A stretch of DNA of 64,000 nucleotides from an uncultured Porticoccus sp. Its GTDB lineage: Bacteria > Pseudomonadota > Gammaproteobacteria > Pseudomonadales > Porticoccaceae. This document shows, piece by piece, positions 44,924 to 55,291 of the stretch (positions are counted from its first letter, which is position 1; each line of letters begins with the position of its first letter). A model generated the notes under the pieces. That model made no database searches. It had not been told where the DNA came from and worked only from the letters and a program-made list of their open reading frames with translations. The position numbers were made by a program, and so were the translations under genes. The DNA is taken from positions 399,216 to 463,215 of the forward strand of contig OX044352.1 in the NCBI GenBank assembly GCA_943846655.1, read 5' to 3'.

Positions 44924-46342
44924 TTAAGTAGTTAAGGCACGCAGTAAATGTTTCATGTCATCTTGCATATCCAAACTTTCTTCTTCGAGCTCTTTAATCT
45001 TTCTGCATGCGTGTAATACAGTAGTATGATCACGACCTCCGAATGCTTCACCGATTTCGGGTAAACTATGATTAGTTAATGTTTTGGCGAGGGCCATTGC
45101 TACTTGTCTGGGTCTTGCTATTGATCTGCTACGTCTTTTAGACAAAAGCTCGGACATTTTTAACTTGTAATATTCAGATACTACTCTCTGTATATTGTCA
45201 ATAGTTACCAGCCTATCCTGTATGGCAAGTAAATCTTTCAAAGATTCACGTATAAGATCGACATTAATCGGACTACCTGTAAAGTGAGCACTTGCTATCA
45301 CTCTTTTTAACGCCCCCTCGAGCTCTCGTACATTAGAGCGTATTCTTTGTGCGATAAAAAAGGCTGCTTCTGTTGGTAAATTAACGCGCGCTTGAGTAGC
45401 TTTTTTTATTAATATTGCAGCTCTGGTCTCTAATTCTGGTGGTTCTACCGCAACAGTGAGACCCCACCCAAAACGAGATTTTAAACGTTCTTCTAAGCCA
45501 TCAATCTCTTTTGGGTAGCGGTCACAAGTAAGTATCATTTGTTTTCCGCCCTCTAACAGGGCGTTAAAGGTATGAAAGAATTCTTCCTGTGAACGCTCTT
45601 TGCCCGCAAAGAATTGCATATCATCGATTAAAAGTGCGTCTACAGAGCGATAAAATCTTTTAAAGTCATTGATGGCATTTAATTGTAATGCTTTAACCAT
45701 ATCTGCAACAAACCGCTCAGAATGTAAATATATAATTTTAGCATTTGGTTTTTGTTGTCGTAGGCTATTACCAACTGCATGCATTAAATGAGTTTTACCC
45801 AAGCCCACTGCACCATAAATAAACAACGGGTTGTAGGCACCACCAGGATTTTCTGATATCTGTTTTGATGCTGCTAAAGCTAGTTGATTAGACTTCCCTT
45901 CGACAAAAGAATCAAATGTAAAAGTGGAGTTCAGGAAGCTTTTATGATTGAGGCCACCCTCTACAGTGTCAGTTGTCCTGTCTGGCGGTATTCTTATAGA
46001 AGTGGTTGCTGGTAATGGTTTGCTAGTAATAATTTGTGGTTGAGCAGGTGGCGCCTCACGTGAATCAGGTTTGTTTGATGATTTACTTCCGAGAGACGAC
46101 TCTACTTTAACAGAGCAGCGCACCCCGCTTAGCTGTTGAAATATTTCTGTGATACGTGAAATAAACTTATCCAGAACCCAATCTCGTATGAAATGATTAG
46201 GTGCTAACAAGAGCACATCTTTATCAAGAGCGATTTCATCGATTGAACCAAGCTCAAGAGGCTTTATCCAGGTTTTAAATTGCTGTTTTGGCAACTCTTC
46301 TTCGAGAAGACACAAACATTTTTTCCAAACGACTTGAGCCAA
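44924..46342 (-). CDS. dnaA: Chromosomal replication initiator DnaA
   Basis: [37 protein letters not shown]; TTG start with upstream GAGGGG. Confidence 0.98.
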   Translation of the reverse strand: MAQVVWKKCLCLLEEELPKQQFKTWIKPLELGSIDEIALDKDVLLLAPNHFIRDWVLDKFISRITEIFQQLSGVRCSVKVESSLGSKSSNKPDSREAPPAQPQIITSKPLPATTSIRIPPDRTTDTVEGGLNHKSFLNSTFTFDSFVEGKSNQLALAASKQISENPGGAYNPLFIYGAVGLGKTHLMHAVGNSLRQQKPNAKIIYLHSERFVADMVKALQLNAINDFKRFYRSVDALLIDDMQFFAGKERSQEEFFHTFNALLEGGKQMILTCDRYPKEIDGLEERLKSRFGWGLTVAVEPPELETRAAILIKKATQARVNLPTEAAFFIAQRIRSNVRELEGALKRVIASAHFTGSPINVDLIRESLKDLLAIQDRLVTIDNIQRVVSEYYKLKMSELLSKRRSRSIARPRQVAMALAKTLTNHSLPEIGEAFGGRDHTTVLHACRKIKELEEESLDMQDDMKHLLRALTT

Positions 46343-46411
46343 GCTTTACTACCCCTCAAATACAAGAAATTTACTTTTATTTACGATCTAGTCTAGCCAC
46401 AAATAGTTGAG

Positions 46412-46602
46412 TTATCCACAACTTTTATAAAAAAAATTAAAAGGCTTAGAACAAATAAAAACGTTTAAAAACAACAAGTTATAAAATACGACTGACTGTG
46501 TTTATAGACAGCATATTTTCACAAATAATAGCTCTATATAAGTAGAAGCTGTGTATAAGATGTTGATAATTTGACGATTATTTGTGGATTATTTGTGGAT
46601 TA
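46412..46602. other. DnaA-box cluster A (dnaA upstream region; origin-like or regulatory)
   Basis: TTATCCACA 46412-46420; TTATAGACA 46502; ATTTTCACA 46515; five same-direction boxes at an 11-bp period: TGTGTATAA 46550, TGTTGATAA 46561, TGACGATTA 46572, TGTGGATTA 46583, TGTGGATTA 46594. Confidence 0.85.
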
Positions 46603-46673
46603 TTCATTTAATATGTTAGTTGTTATTGGCCAAAATTCATATAATAAATTTATGACTTAAAATCATTTATTAG

Positions 46674-48041
46674 TCACTTTCCGATACAGAAGCTACCGAA
46701 TATTTGTCCTAATAAATCATCACTACTAAAAACACCTGTTATGGATGACAGAGATTGCTGTGCATGACGTAAATCTTCAGCCAGTAATTCTCCTGCGGCC
46801 GCTCTTAACAATTGTTTTTTTCCTGACATTAGATAATTTTCTGTATTATTTAGCGCTTCAATATGTCGACGTCGCGCCACAAAAGAGCCCTCGTTAGTTC
46901 CTGTATAGCCCATACAGCTCTTCAGATGATCTCCAAGCGCCTCGAGTCCATCGTGGCTTTTTGCAGAAAGAATGACTGTAGCAAGCTTGTCTTGTCTGAT
47001 CCCGGGAGACAGGTCGGAAATATCAGATTTATTTAGTACAAAAGTGATATTATTCCTCGTTGGGTAACGACTGAAGTATTCAGGCCAGTTTTCTTGTATA
47101 TTCAAAGAATATTTTGAATTGCTATCTATCACATATAAGACTCTATCGGCTTGATCAATTTCATCCCAAGCTCTCTTAATACCCTCTTGTTCTAAGGAAT
47201 TTTTTGTCTCATGAAGCCCGGCTGTGTCTATTATATGCAGGGGCATACCGTCTAGGTGGATATGTTCTCTTAAAACATCTCTTGTGGTACCAGCTATATC
47301 TGAAACAATTGCACTGTCTCTTTTTGAAAGAGCATTTAAAAGACTTGATTTTCCAGCATTAGGTTTACCAGCTATGACTACCGACATACCCTCTGAAACC
47401 AATGAACCCTGGTGGGCTCTCTCTTTAGTTTTTTTAACTAGGCTGAGCAAGGATTCCAGCTCTATGCTTATTTTTGGATCAGCGAGAAAATTAATTTCTT
47501 CTTCCGGAAAATCTATTGCAGCCTCAACGTAAGTGCGCAAACTTACTAAGTTTTCTAACAAAGTAGCAATTTGTTTAGAAAATTCACCCTGTAGCGATCT
47601 TATAGCACACCTTGCAGCCTGTTCTGAAGATGCAAGTATTAGATCGGAGATAGCCTCGGCTTGTATTAAATCTATTTTATTATTAAGGAACGCACGTTCA
47701 GAAAACTCGCCTGCACGAGCTAATCGAGCTCCCAGTTTTAGGCTACGCTGTAATAACAAATCCATGACTGCTGGGCCGCCGTGACCATGCAGCTCAAGGA
47801 CCTCTTCTCCAGTAAATGAGTTTGGTGCGGGAAAATAAATAGCTATGCCCTTATCTATGATTACATTTTCATCGTCTGTAAAGCTTGCATATACCGCTGA
47901 TCTAGGTTCAAGTTTTTTGGAAACAAATTTTGATAAAAAAACAGAAAGGTTCGAGCCGGAAATACGCAGTATAGAGACCCCGCCTTTCCCAGGTGGTGTC
48001 GCAATGGCACATATATTGTCAGTATCAGTGATTACGGTCAT
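46674..48041 (-). CDS. mnmE: tRNA modification GTPase MnmE
   Basis: AIATPPG, SFTGEEV, GKPNAGKSSL, DTAG, NKSD, C-terminal FCIGK. Confidence 0.97.
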   Translation of the reverse strand: MTVITDTDNICAIATPPGKGGVSILRISGSNLSVFLSKFVSKKLEPRSAVYASFTDDENVIIDKGIAIYFPAPNSFTGEEVLELHGHGGPAVMDLLLQRSLKLGARLARAGEFSERAFLNNKIDLIQAEAISDLILASSEQAARCAIRSLQGEFSKQIATLLENLVSLRTYVEAAIDFPEEEINFLADPKISIELESLLSLVKKTKERAHQGSLVSEGMSVVIAGKPNAGKSSLLNALSKRDSAIVSDIAGTTRDVLREHIHLDGMPLHIIDTAGLHETKNSLEQEGIKRAWDEIDQADRVLYVIDSNSKYSLNIQENWPEYFSRYPTRNNITFVLNKSDISDLSPGIRQDKLATVILSAKSHDGLEALGDHLKSCMGYTGTNEGSFVARRRHIEALNNTENYLMSGKKQLLRAAAGELLAEDLRHAQQSLSSITGVFSSDDLLGQIFGSFCIGK

Positions 48042-48092
48042 TCATAGCCTCAAATATTCATGCATGTTATCGGTATGTGTGTCCTTTTTGAT

Positions 48093-49781
48093 TTAAGCGT
48101 TCTCTATTTTGCGAGTAATGTACCACTGTTGGAGAATAGAAAGACAGTTGTTTACGGTCCAATACAACACTAAGCCTGCGGGGAAAAACAAAAAGAAGAA
48201 AGTAAACGCTATAGGCATGATCTTCATTACTTTGGCCTGAATTGGATCTGGGGGCGTTGGGTTAAGCTGCATTTGTATAAACATACTAGCTCCCATAATC
48301 AAAGGAAGAACGAAAAACGGGTCTTTTACAGAAAGATCATTAATCCAAAGCACCCAAGGTGCGTGTCTTAGCTCAACGCTTTCCATTAACACCCAATATA
48401 ATGCTATAAAAACTGGCATTTGCACCAATATAGGCAGACAACCTCCCATTGGGTTAACCTTTTCTCGTTTATATAAACTCATTGTTTCTTGTGACATTTT
48501 TTGTCTGTCATCGCCATAAAGATCTTTCAAGCGGAGCATTTCTGGTTGTAATTTGCGCATATTGGCCATAGAGGTATAACTTTTCGCTGATAGCTGAAAA
48601 AAAGCTGCTTTTATTAAAATCGTTAGCATAATTATGGACCAGCCCCAGTTATCGAAGATCTCGTGTAGTTGATACAAAACCCAGAAAAGGGGCTTTGCAA
48701 TCATCCACAGCCACCCATAATCTACAGTCAAATCAAGATATGGTGAAATTTTTTCAAGACGATATTGGTCCTTAGGGCCCGTATAAAAAGCTGCTTCGAG
48801 CTCGGCCTTTTCTCCAGGTTTTAGTTGGACTTGGGGTGAAGTAAAACCCATGATATAAAAATCTTGGTTGCTGATCTTTCTTACATTAAAGTTATTTCGA
48901 ATATTTTGATCTGGCACCCAAGCACTTACGAAATAATGTTGGACCATTGCCACCCAACCACCATCAACGGTGTCTTTAAAAGTTTCATCGCTTATTTCAG
49001 AAAAGTTTAGTTTTTTGTAGTTTTTTTCATTAGTGGTTAAAGCTGCACCAAGGAAGGGTTGCATTCCCATCGCAGTAACATTGGTTGGATTGTGGCTATC
49101 TCTTTTTATTTGACCATAGAGCCCGGCCTGCCAGACAGAAGCGCTTTGGTTGTTTATTTGGTACTCTAGATTAATTAAGTAATCTGTTCTTTTAAAGGTA
49201 AACTGCTTAACAATCTGAACCCCTTCCTGTTCAAGCATCAGGCGAACAACAAGGTTTTCCTCACTATCGTTTAGCTCATATTGACCAGCAACTGTTGTAA
49301 ATACTGGTCTTCCTTTTTTTGTATCCGTTCCATTTACGCCTATTAGTCCACTTTGGGCTAAAAAAGTTGAGTCTTGTGCTCTATTTAATAGGATGAAGGG
49401 TGTTTCCTTGTCTGTAATATTTTGTAGGTGTTCGAGAAGCTCAACCCTAACAATATCTCCACCATGAGTATCAATATGCACCCTTAAAACATCTGTAGTA
49501 ACAACAACCAATCGAGCATCAGTGTTTATATCATCAGCGGTGGATGTATCGGTGACGTTTGATGTTTTTTCTGCATTTAATAGCGGTGAGCTTACAGGAA
49601 TATCGTCCATTGATTCTTTTGTTTGGGGTTTGGTGGTTGCTGGAATATCAGGGATTACCAGCTGGTTTGAAGAGTCAGCTAGGATGAGATTTCTTTTTGA
49701 CTGGAAACCATCCCACTCGAGAAAAAGCATATACAAAACAACCAACATAGCACCAATGAGAAAAGAACGCTGCCAATCCAT
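48093..49781 (-). CDS. yidC: Membrane protein insertase YidC
   Basis: N-terminal TM plus periplasmic domain, VDYGWLWMIAKP, NPMGGCLP, DPFFVLP, GLVLYW. Confidence 0.97.
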   Translation of the reverse strand: MDWQRSFLIGAMLVVLYMLFLEWDGFQSKRNLILADSSNQLVIPDIPATTKPQTKESMDDIPVSSPLLNAEKTSNVTDTSTADDINTDARLVVVTTDVLRVHIDTHGGDIVRVELLEHLQNITDKETPFILLNRAQDSTFLAQSGLIGVNGTDTKKGRPVFTTVAGQYELNDSEENLVVRLMLEQEGVQIVKQFTFKRTDYLINLEYQINNQSASVWQAGLYGQIKRDSHNPTNVTAMGMQPFLGAALTTNEKNYKKLNFSEISDETFKDTVDGGWVAMVQHYFVSAWVPDQNIRNNFNVRKISNQDFYIMGFTSPQVQLKPGEKAELEAAFYTGPKDQYRLEKISPYLDLTVDYGWLWMIAKPLFWVLYQLHEIFDNWGWSIIMLTILIKAAFFQLSAKSYTSMANMRKLQPEMLRLKDLYGDDRQKMSQETMSLYKREKVNPMGGCLPILVQMPVFIALYWVLMESVELRHAPWVLWINDLSVKDPFFVLPLIMGASMFIQMQLNPTPPDPIQAKVMKIMPIAFTFFFLFFPAGLVLYWTVNNCLSILQQWYITRKIENA

Positions 49782-49782
49782 A

Positions 49783-50034
49783 TTATTGCTTCCTGTTATT
49801 TTTATCTAAATGAGGTACGGGGTCATAGCCGCTAGATCCAAAGGGGTGACATTTTATAAGTCGGCAACACAAAAGATGTGTTCCTTTAAAAATACCATGT
49901 GCCCTTATAGCCTTTTCAGCGTAAGAAGAACAGCTTGGATAAAATCTACAATTGTTTCCCATCCAGGGACTTAGTAAATATCTGTATAGTTTTATGGGAA
50001 AAATATATGCTGTCTCTAGTAAAGTTTTGATCAT
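49783..50034 (-). CDS. yidD: Membrane protein insertion efficiency factor YidD
   Basis: CRFYPSCSSY, KCHPFG.GYDPVP. Confidence 0.95.
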   Translation of the reverse strand: MIKTLLETAYIFPIKLYRYLLSPWMGNNCRFYPSCSSYAEKAIRAHGIFKGTHLLCCRLIKCHPFGSSGYDPVPHLDKNNRKQ

Positions 50035-50042
50035 AGCGGGTT

Positions 50043-50396
50043 CTATGTTTTGTTTTTTAGTTGATCTAAACCCAAAGAAATCGACTTAGATTGATCTTTA
50101 AATGATAGTTTATTCATACCTTTCCGAACAAGAAATATTATATCTAAAGCAGCGAGATTTTGTTGGTTTAGTCTAAAAGATGACCTTATAACCCTCTTTA
50201 TCCTATTTCGGCCAACAGAAAGCCGTATATTTTTTTTTGCAACAATCATTCCGAGCCTAGCATGTTTAAGTTTATTTTGGTGAGCCAATAATAAAAAATT
50301 GGAGTTAGAAACTTTAAGATCTGTGTTTTCAAAGACGGATTGAAAGGATTGTGCGTTTAATAGCCGTTTGCTTTTCTCGAAGTTGAAATTGGGCAT
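50043..50396 (-). CDS. rnpA: Ribonuclease P protein component
   Basis: RLL..FQSVF, RLGMIVAKK, RNRIKRVIR (RNR motif). Confidence 0.95.
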   Translation of the reverse strand: MPNFNFEKSKRLLNAQSFQSVFENTDLKVSNSNFLLLAHQNKLKHARLGMIVAKKNIRLSVGRNRIKRVIRSSFRLNQQNLAALDIIFLVRKGMNKLSFKDQSKSISLGLDQLKNKT

Positions 50397-50466
50397 ATTA
50401 GATATTGATGATATGTTTGTTTAAAACACGGTGGCTCACAAGATGAGGGTGATTTCAACCTATAGG

Positions 50467-50601
50467 CTACGATGCGAGTCTTTTGCGGCCTTTCGCTCGT
50501 CGGCGATTTATGACTGCTCTTCCTGCTTTTGTGGCCATTCGTGAACGAAATCCGTGAGTTCGCTTCTGTTTAAGTACGCTGGGTTGAAATGTTCTTTTCA
50601 T
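50467..50601 (-). CDS. rpmH: 50S ribosomal protein L34 (missed by ORF track)
   Basis: Manual translation [44 protein letters not shown] (44 aa), upstream of rnpA. Confidence 0.98.
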   Translation of the reverse strand: MKRTFQPSVLKQKRTHGFRSRMATKAGRAVINRRRAKGRKRLAS

Positions 50602-50734
50602 GACAGGTTTCCGTTTACTAACTAGTATATTTCATTAACGTGTTGGATTTTAATGAAAAAGCTTCTTTAGATCAATGAAAGAATTTGCTTTTTTTGGATA
50701 CAGTTTTGTTTGTATTGTTTAAACTCCTTTTGTT

Positions 50735-51010
50735 TGTGAATAAAATTGCAAAAAGGTCATGAAAGCTTATGTATGGGTAGTGGATTGTTTTGTGAATAAA
50801 GGCGGCTTTTTATTTTCTGTTGATAACAGGTCATTTTGTTCACAACTTGCACAGAGCTATAATACACCTTTTGCTCAACTTACAAAAAGGATTTAATTGC
50901 TAATAAACATATGATAAAACTATGTTTTTTTTAGTTTTACACAAAAAAGGGCTCCTGTAATAATAATTACAATAATAATAATATATACATAAACACATAT
51001 ATAACTTGTT
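50735..51010. other. Probable replication origin oriC (cluster B, rpmH-mnmG intergenic)
   Basis: TGTGAATAA 50735 and 50791; TGTTGATAA 50818; 11-bp-period array at 50836/50847/50858/50869/50880; IHF-like site 50904-50916; TTTTACACA 50935-50943; AT-rich (TAA)n unwinding element from 50958, facing mnmG. Confidence 0.8.
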
Positions 51011-51023
51011 AATTGAGATTACG

Positions 51024-51052
51024 TTGGCACTTAATGTTTATGATCTTATAAT
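51024..51052 (+). promoter_or_regulatory. Sigma70 promoter for mnmG-rsmG-parAB
   Basis: TTGGCA (51024-51029), 17 nt, TATAAT (51047-51052). Confidence 0.7.
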
Positions 51053-51081
51053 GGCCCTGCAAAAAATAATTCTTAGAACCC

Positions 51082-52968
51082 TTGTTTATGAAATATAGTG
51101 AAAAATTTGATGTAATAGTCATCGGTGGTGGACACGCTGGAACAGAAGCATGTCTGGCCTCTGCTCGCATGGGTAGGAAAACACTACTACTAACACACAA
51201 TATTGAAACATTGGGCCAAATGTCATGTAATCCAGCCATAGGTGGCATAGGAAAAAGCCACCTAGTTAAAGAAATTGATGCTCTAGATGGATTGATGGCT
51301 AAAGCAACCGACCAAAGCGGTATACAGTTTAGGGTTTTAAACGAAAGAAAAGGCCCTGCAGTTCGGGCTACAAGAGCCCAGGCAGATAGAGCCCTGTATA
51401 GATCTTCGGTGAGACACACCCTAGAAAACCAACCAAACTTAATGATATTTCAACAAGCGGTTAATGATTTAATCCTCGATGGCGAGCGTGTTTCAGGTGT
51501 TATAACAGATATGGGTTTAAGTTTTTTTGGTAAGACAGTCGTTTTAACAACCGGTACATTTTTGGGTGGTAAAATACATATTGGTTTAGAAAGCGAATCA
51601 GGCGGAAGAGCCGGAGACCCGCCATCAATAGAGCTCGCAAAAAGATTACGAGATCTACCTTTTAAAATTAGTAGGCTAAAAACAGGAACACCCCCACGAC
51701 TTGACGCTAGATCTATAAATTTTAGTGGTCTGTTAACCCAATGGGGAGATAAACCGGAACCAACAATGTCTTACTTGGGGCACACCAACCAGCACCCAAG
51801 ACAAGTTTGTTGCTATATAACCCATACAAACATAAACACACACGAAATTATAAAAAAAGGATCTGATAGGTCACCAATATATTCCGGTATTATAGAAGGG
51901 GTGGGCCCAAGATATTGTCCATCCATAGAAGATAAAGTTATTCGTTTTGCTGATAAAAACTCACACCAAATTTTTATAGAGCCAGAAGGTCTCACGACAA
52001 ACGAAATTTACCCTAATGGCATATCTACAAGCCTTCCATTTGACGTTCAAGTTGAGCTGGTTAGATCAATCAAAGGCTTTGAAGGGGCACACATTACAAG
52101 ACCGGGTTATGCAATTGAATATGATTTTTTGAACCCACAAGATCTAAAGAGCTCGTTAGAAACCAAGCATATAGACGGCTTGTTTCTTGCGGGACAAATA
52201 AATGGGACCACCGGTTACGAGGAGGCTGCTGCACAGGGCCTATTAGCTGGATCTAACGCCGCCTTATTTTCTCAAGATAAAGATTCATGGTCGATTGGTC
52301 GTGATGAGGGTTATATAGGCGTTTTGGTGGATGACCTAATTACTATGGGAACAACTGAGCCCTATAGAATGTTTACTAGTAGAGCGGAGTATCGCTTGTT
52401 GTTAAGACAAGACAATGCTGATTTGCGCCTGACAGAAAAAGGTAGAAATATAGGCCTGGTCGGCGATGAAAGGTGGAAAGCTTTTTGCGAAAAAAGAGAA
52501 GCCATAGAGCTAGAAAAACAGAGACTCAAAAGCAACTGGATCCAAGTTGACTCAGCCCTAGCTAATGAAATAAGCAACAAATTTGATACCCCCCTAACTC
52601 ATGAGTACAACATGTTAGATTTATTAAAAAGGCCAGAGTTGAGGTATCACGACTTAGTGAAACCAGATGACCCAATGAGTACCCCACAAGATGTTGCTGA
52701 ACAAATAGAAATCCAAGCCAAATATTCTGGATATATTGACCGACAAAAACAGGAGATTGAAAAACTTCACAGACAAGAAGACACCAAGATTCCAAAAAGC
52801 CTTAAACTTAATCAGATTCAAGGTCTTTCAAACGAAGTAAAACAAAAACTATTAGATGTTAGACCAGAAACCCTAGCACAAGCCTCACGTATTCCCGGGG
52901 TAACGCCAGCTGCAATTTCTATACTACTTGTTTACTTAAAGAAACATTCAGAAAAAAAGACAGCATAG
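51082..52968 (+). CDS. mnmG: tRNA uridine-5-carboxymethylaminomethyl modification enzyme MnmG (GidA)
   Basis: [45 protein letters not shown]; start at TTG 51082 or ATG 51088. Confidence 0.98.
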   Translation: MFMKYSEKFDVIVIGGGHAGTEACLASARMGRKTLLLTHNIETLGQMSCNPAIGGIGKSHLVKEIDALDGLMAKATDQSGIQFRVLNERKGPAVRATRAQADRALYRSSVRHTLENQPNLMIFQQAVNDLILDGERVSGVITDMGLSFFGKTVVLTTGTFLGGKIHIGLESESGGRAGDPPSIELAKRLRDLPFKISRLKTGTPPRLDARSINFSGLLTQWGDKPEPTMSYLGHTNQHPRQVCCYITHTNINTHEIIKKGSDRSPIYSGIIEGVGPRYCPSIEDKVIRFADKNSHQIFIEPEGLTTNEIYPNGISTSLPFDVQVELVRSIKGFEGAHITRPGYAIEYDFLNPQDLKSSLETKHIDGLFLAGQINGTTGYEEAAAQGLLAGSNAALFSQDKDSWSIGRDEGYIGVLVDDLITMGTTEPYRMFTSRAEYRLLLRQDNADLRLTEKGRNIGLVGDERWKAFCEKREAIELEKQRLKSNWIQVDSALANEISNKFDTPLTHEYNMLDLLKRPELRYHDLVKPDDPMSTPQDVAEQIEIQAKYSGYIDRQKQEIEKLHRQEDTKIPKSLKLNQIQGLSNEVKQKLLDVRPETLAQASRIPGVTPAAISILLVYLKKHSEKKTA

Positions 52969-52970
52969 AA

Positions 52971-53603
52971 ATGATAGAGCCACTGCAACAAATGCTTGAA
53001 GTTGGTATTGAAAAACTAGGCTTGAAAATTTCAGCTCCACAAGTCTCACAACTGCTATTTTACCTAGAAATACTTCACAAATGGAACAATGCATATAACC
53101 TAACTTCCGTTCGTGACAGAGATCAAATGGTAGTGACCCATATCTTAGATAGCCTAAGCATAGCTCCACTTATCGAAGGAAAGAGTTTACTAGATGCAGG
53201 TACTGGTGCAGGTTTACCTGGAATTCCCTTAGCAATACTTTACCCCGATCGACACTTCACATTGCTAGACTCAAACGGAAAAAAAATAAGATTTATCTTT
53301 CAAGTGAAAAATCAGTTAAGCCTAAAAAATCTGACAGAAGTTCAATGTCGCCTAGAAGATTACAAACCAAAAGTTCTCTTTGATGCAATCACTAGCAGAG
53401 CGCTATCTTCTCTGTCTGATATGGCACAAAAAACCAAACATCTCTTAAAAAAAGAAGGCAAATTTTACGCAATGAAAGGCTGTCTTCCACGACAAGAGTT
53501 GAGTATGTTATCAAAACATTATAAGGTCATTGGTTCACATAAATTATTAGTACCAGGCATAAAAAGTGATCGACACCTTATTGAGATAGAGTTTTATAAT
53601 TAA
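52971..53603 (+). CDS. rsmG: 16S rRNA m7G527 methyltransferase RsmG (GidB)
   Basis: WNNAYNLTS, HILDSL, DAGTGAGLPGIPLA, LDSNGKK. Confidence 0.96.
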   Translation: MIEPLQQMLEVGIEKLGLKISAPQVSQLLFYLEILHKWNNAYNLTSVRDRDQMVVTHILDSLSIAPLIEGKSLLDAGTGAGLPGIPLAILYPDRHFTLLDSNGKKIRFIFQVKNQLSLKNLTEVQCRLEDYKPKVLFDAITSRALSSLSDMAQKTKHLLKKEGKFYAMKGCLPRQELSMLSKHYKVIGSHKLLVPGIKSDRHLIEIEFYN

Positions 53604-53622
53604 AAACCCCTGAGGAAGTTTT

Positions 53623-54399
53623 GTGGCCAAAATATTTACTGTTGCTAATCAAAAAGGCGGTGTAGGAAAAACCACAACCAGTATAAACCTGGCCGCCTCT
53701 TTGGCTAACTATAAAAAACGTATTCTTTTGGTTGATATGGACCCACAAGGAAACGCCACCATGGGTAGTGGTGTAAATAAATTAGACCTTAAAACATCTG
53801 TACTCGATGTGTTGGCCGGAGATGCCGATGTATCAGATAGCATTCAGAAAAGTCAGGCTGGAGGCTATGATTTACTTCCATCAAATGGTGACCTTACAGC
53901 AGCAGAAGTGGAATTATTAGAATTCAAAAATAAAGAAAGCCGACTAAGACACGCACTAATAAACGTAAAAGATGATTTTGATTTTATAATAATTGACTGT
54001 CCCCCTTCATTGAGCATGCTTACCATTAATTCGTTGGTTTCTTGCGATGGTGTAATTGTTCCAATGCAGTGTGAGTATTTCGCACTCGAGGGATTGTCCG
54101 ATTTAATCGGAACCATAAGTAAAATAAGTCAACGATTTAATCCAAAACTAAAGTTGGAAGGAATAGTAAGGACAATGTTCGATCCGAGAAACACCCTTTC
54201 CAACGAAGTAGCAGCCCAGTTAACAAAGCATTTTGGAAAGATAATGTACCAGATCGCAATACCACGTAACGTGCGCCTTGCCGAGGCTCCCAGTTATGGT
54301 TTACCAGGGCTTGCTTATGATAGAAAATCAAAAGGAGCATTAGCATACCTTGGTCTGGCTGGCGAAATACTCAGACGAGAACGAGAGCTCATTAATTAA
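53623..54399 (+). CDS. parA: Chromosome partitioning ATPase ParA/Soj
   Basis: NQKGGVGKTT, DMDPQGNAT, IDCPPSL, IPRNVRLAEAPS. Confidence 0.96.
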   Translation: MAKIFTVANQKGGVGKTTTSINLAASLANYKKRILLVDMDPQGNATMGSGVNKLDLKTSVLDVLAGDADVSDSIQKSQAGGYDLLPSNGDLTAAEVELLEFKNKESRLRHALINVKDDFDFIIIDCPPSLSMLTINSLVSCDGVIVPMQCEYFALEGLSDLIGTISKISQRFNPKLKLEGIVRTMFDPRNTLSNEVAAQLTKHFGKIMYQIAIPRNVRLAEAPSYGLPGLAYDRKSKGALAYLGLAGEILRRERELIN

Positions 54400-54415
54400 A
54401 AAAATAGGTCGAAAA

Positions 54416-55291
54416 ATGGTAAAAAGAAAAGGGTTGGGGAGAGGGTTGGACGCTTTGTTAGATGCCGGAAAAAATGATGAGCACAATACAAAGTCAGATA
54501 AAAATCAAGCCAACAAGGGGCTGCTAGTTAACTTGCCAGTCGAGTTCTTAATAAGAGGAGAATACCAACCACGACGAGACATGTCGCCAGAAGCCCTTGA
54601 TGAGTTAGCTGGATCAATTAAGTTGCATGGTGTTATGCAACCCATTGTTGTTAGGAAAATAGAACATCAAAAGTATGAAATAATCGCTGGGGAGAGAAGG
54701 TGGCGCGCAGCACAATTAGCGGGCTTGGATGTAGTTCCAGCGCTTGAAAAAAATGTTTCTGATAACGCTGCATTGGCAATGTCCTTGATTGAAAACATTC
54801 AACGTGAAGACCTTAACGCTATTGAGGAGGCTCGCGCATTAAGCCGACTTCAGGATGAGTTTAACTTAACACAACAAGAGGTTGCTGATGCGGTCAGCAA
54901 GTCTCGAAGCACTGTAACCAACCTAATCCGCCTCATGTCTCTAGAAAAAGAAGTTTGCAAATTATTAGAGCATGGTGACCTCGAAATGGGACATGCGAGA
55001 GCTTTATTGGCCCTTGATGGAAGCATGCAGCTTAATGCAGCCAGAATTGCTGTTTCAAAAAGCATGAGCGTGAGACAAATAGAAGCATATGTTAGACTTT
55101 TACTGCAAGAGAAAAAACCCACCGAGTTAAAAACACAATCCGTTCCCGACATCAAAATCCTTGAAGACCAACTTTCAAACACCTTAGGTGCCCCGGTAGC
55201 TCTTCAACACAAGGCTAATGGAAAAGGCCGTCTAATATTAAAATATAACAGCCTAGAAGAGCTGGACGGCATCTTGGAGCACATAAAATAA
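54416..55291 (+). CDS. parB: Chromosome partitioning protein ParB
   Basis: KGLGRGLDALL, GVMQPIVVR, IIAGERRWRAA, ENIQREDL, HTH; true ATG 54416 (the track's 54350 overlaps parA). Confidence 0.96.
   Translation: MVKRKGLGRGLDALLDAGKNDEHNTKSDKNQANKGLLVNLPVEFLIRGEYQPRRDMSPEALDELAGSIKLHGVMQPIVVRKIEHQKYEIIAGERRWRAAQLAGLDVVPALEKNVSDNAALAMSLIENIQREDLNAIEEARALSRLQDEFNLTQQEVADAVSKSRSTVTNLIRLMSLEKEVCKLLEHGDLEMGHARALLALDGSMQLNAARIAVSKSMSVRQIEAYVRLLLQEKKPTELKTQSVPDIKILEDQLSNTLGAPVALQHKANGKGRLILKYNSLEELDGILEHIK

Noticed and set aside
46048-46063. parS-like sequence in dnaA (CGCCTCACGTGAATCA)
   Set aside because: Four mismatches to consensus, three in one arm; at best a half-site.
50560-50575. L34 has KQKRTHGF where KR(K/A)RTHGF is usual
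   Set aside because: Single substitution in an otherwise typical protein; no basis for a functional claim.
50043-53603. Impression of locally reversed GC skew around cluster B (G-rich to the left, C/A-rich to the right)
   Set aside because: The few 60-nt lines I counted were inconsistent, and part of the signal comes from DnaA-box orientation and codon bias; needs a computed third-position skew.
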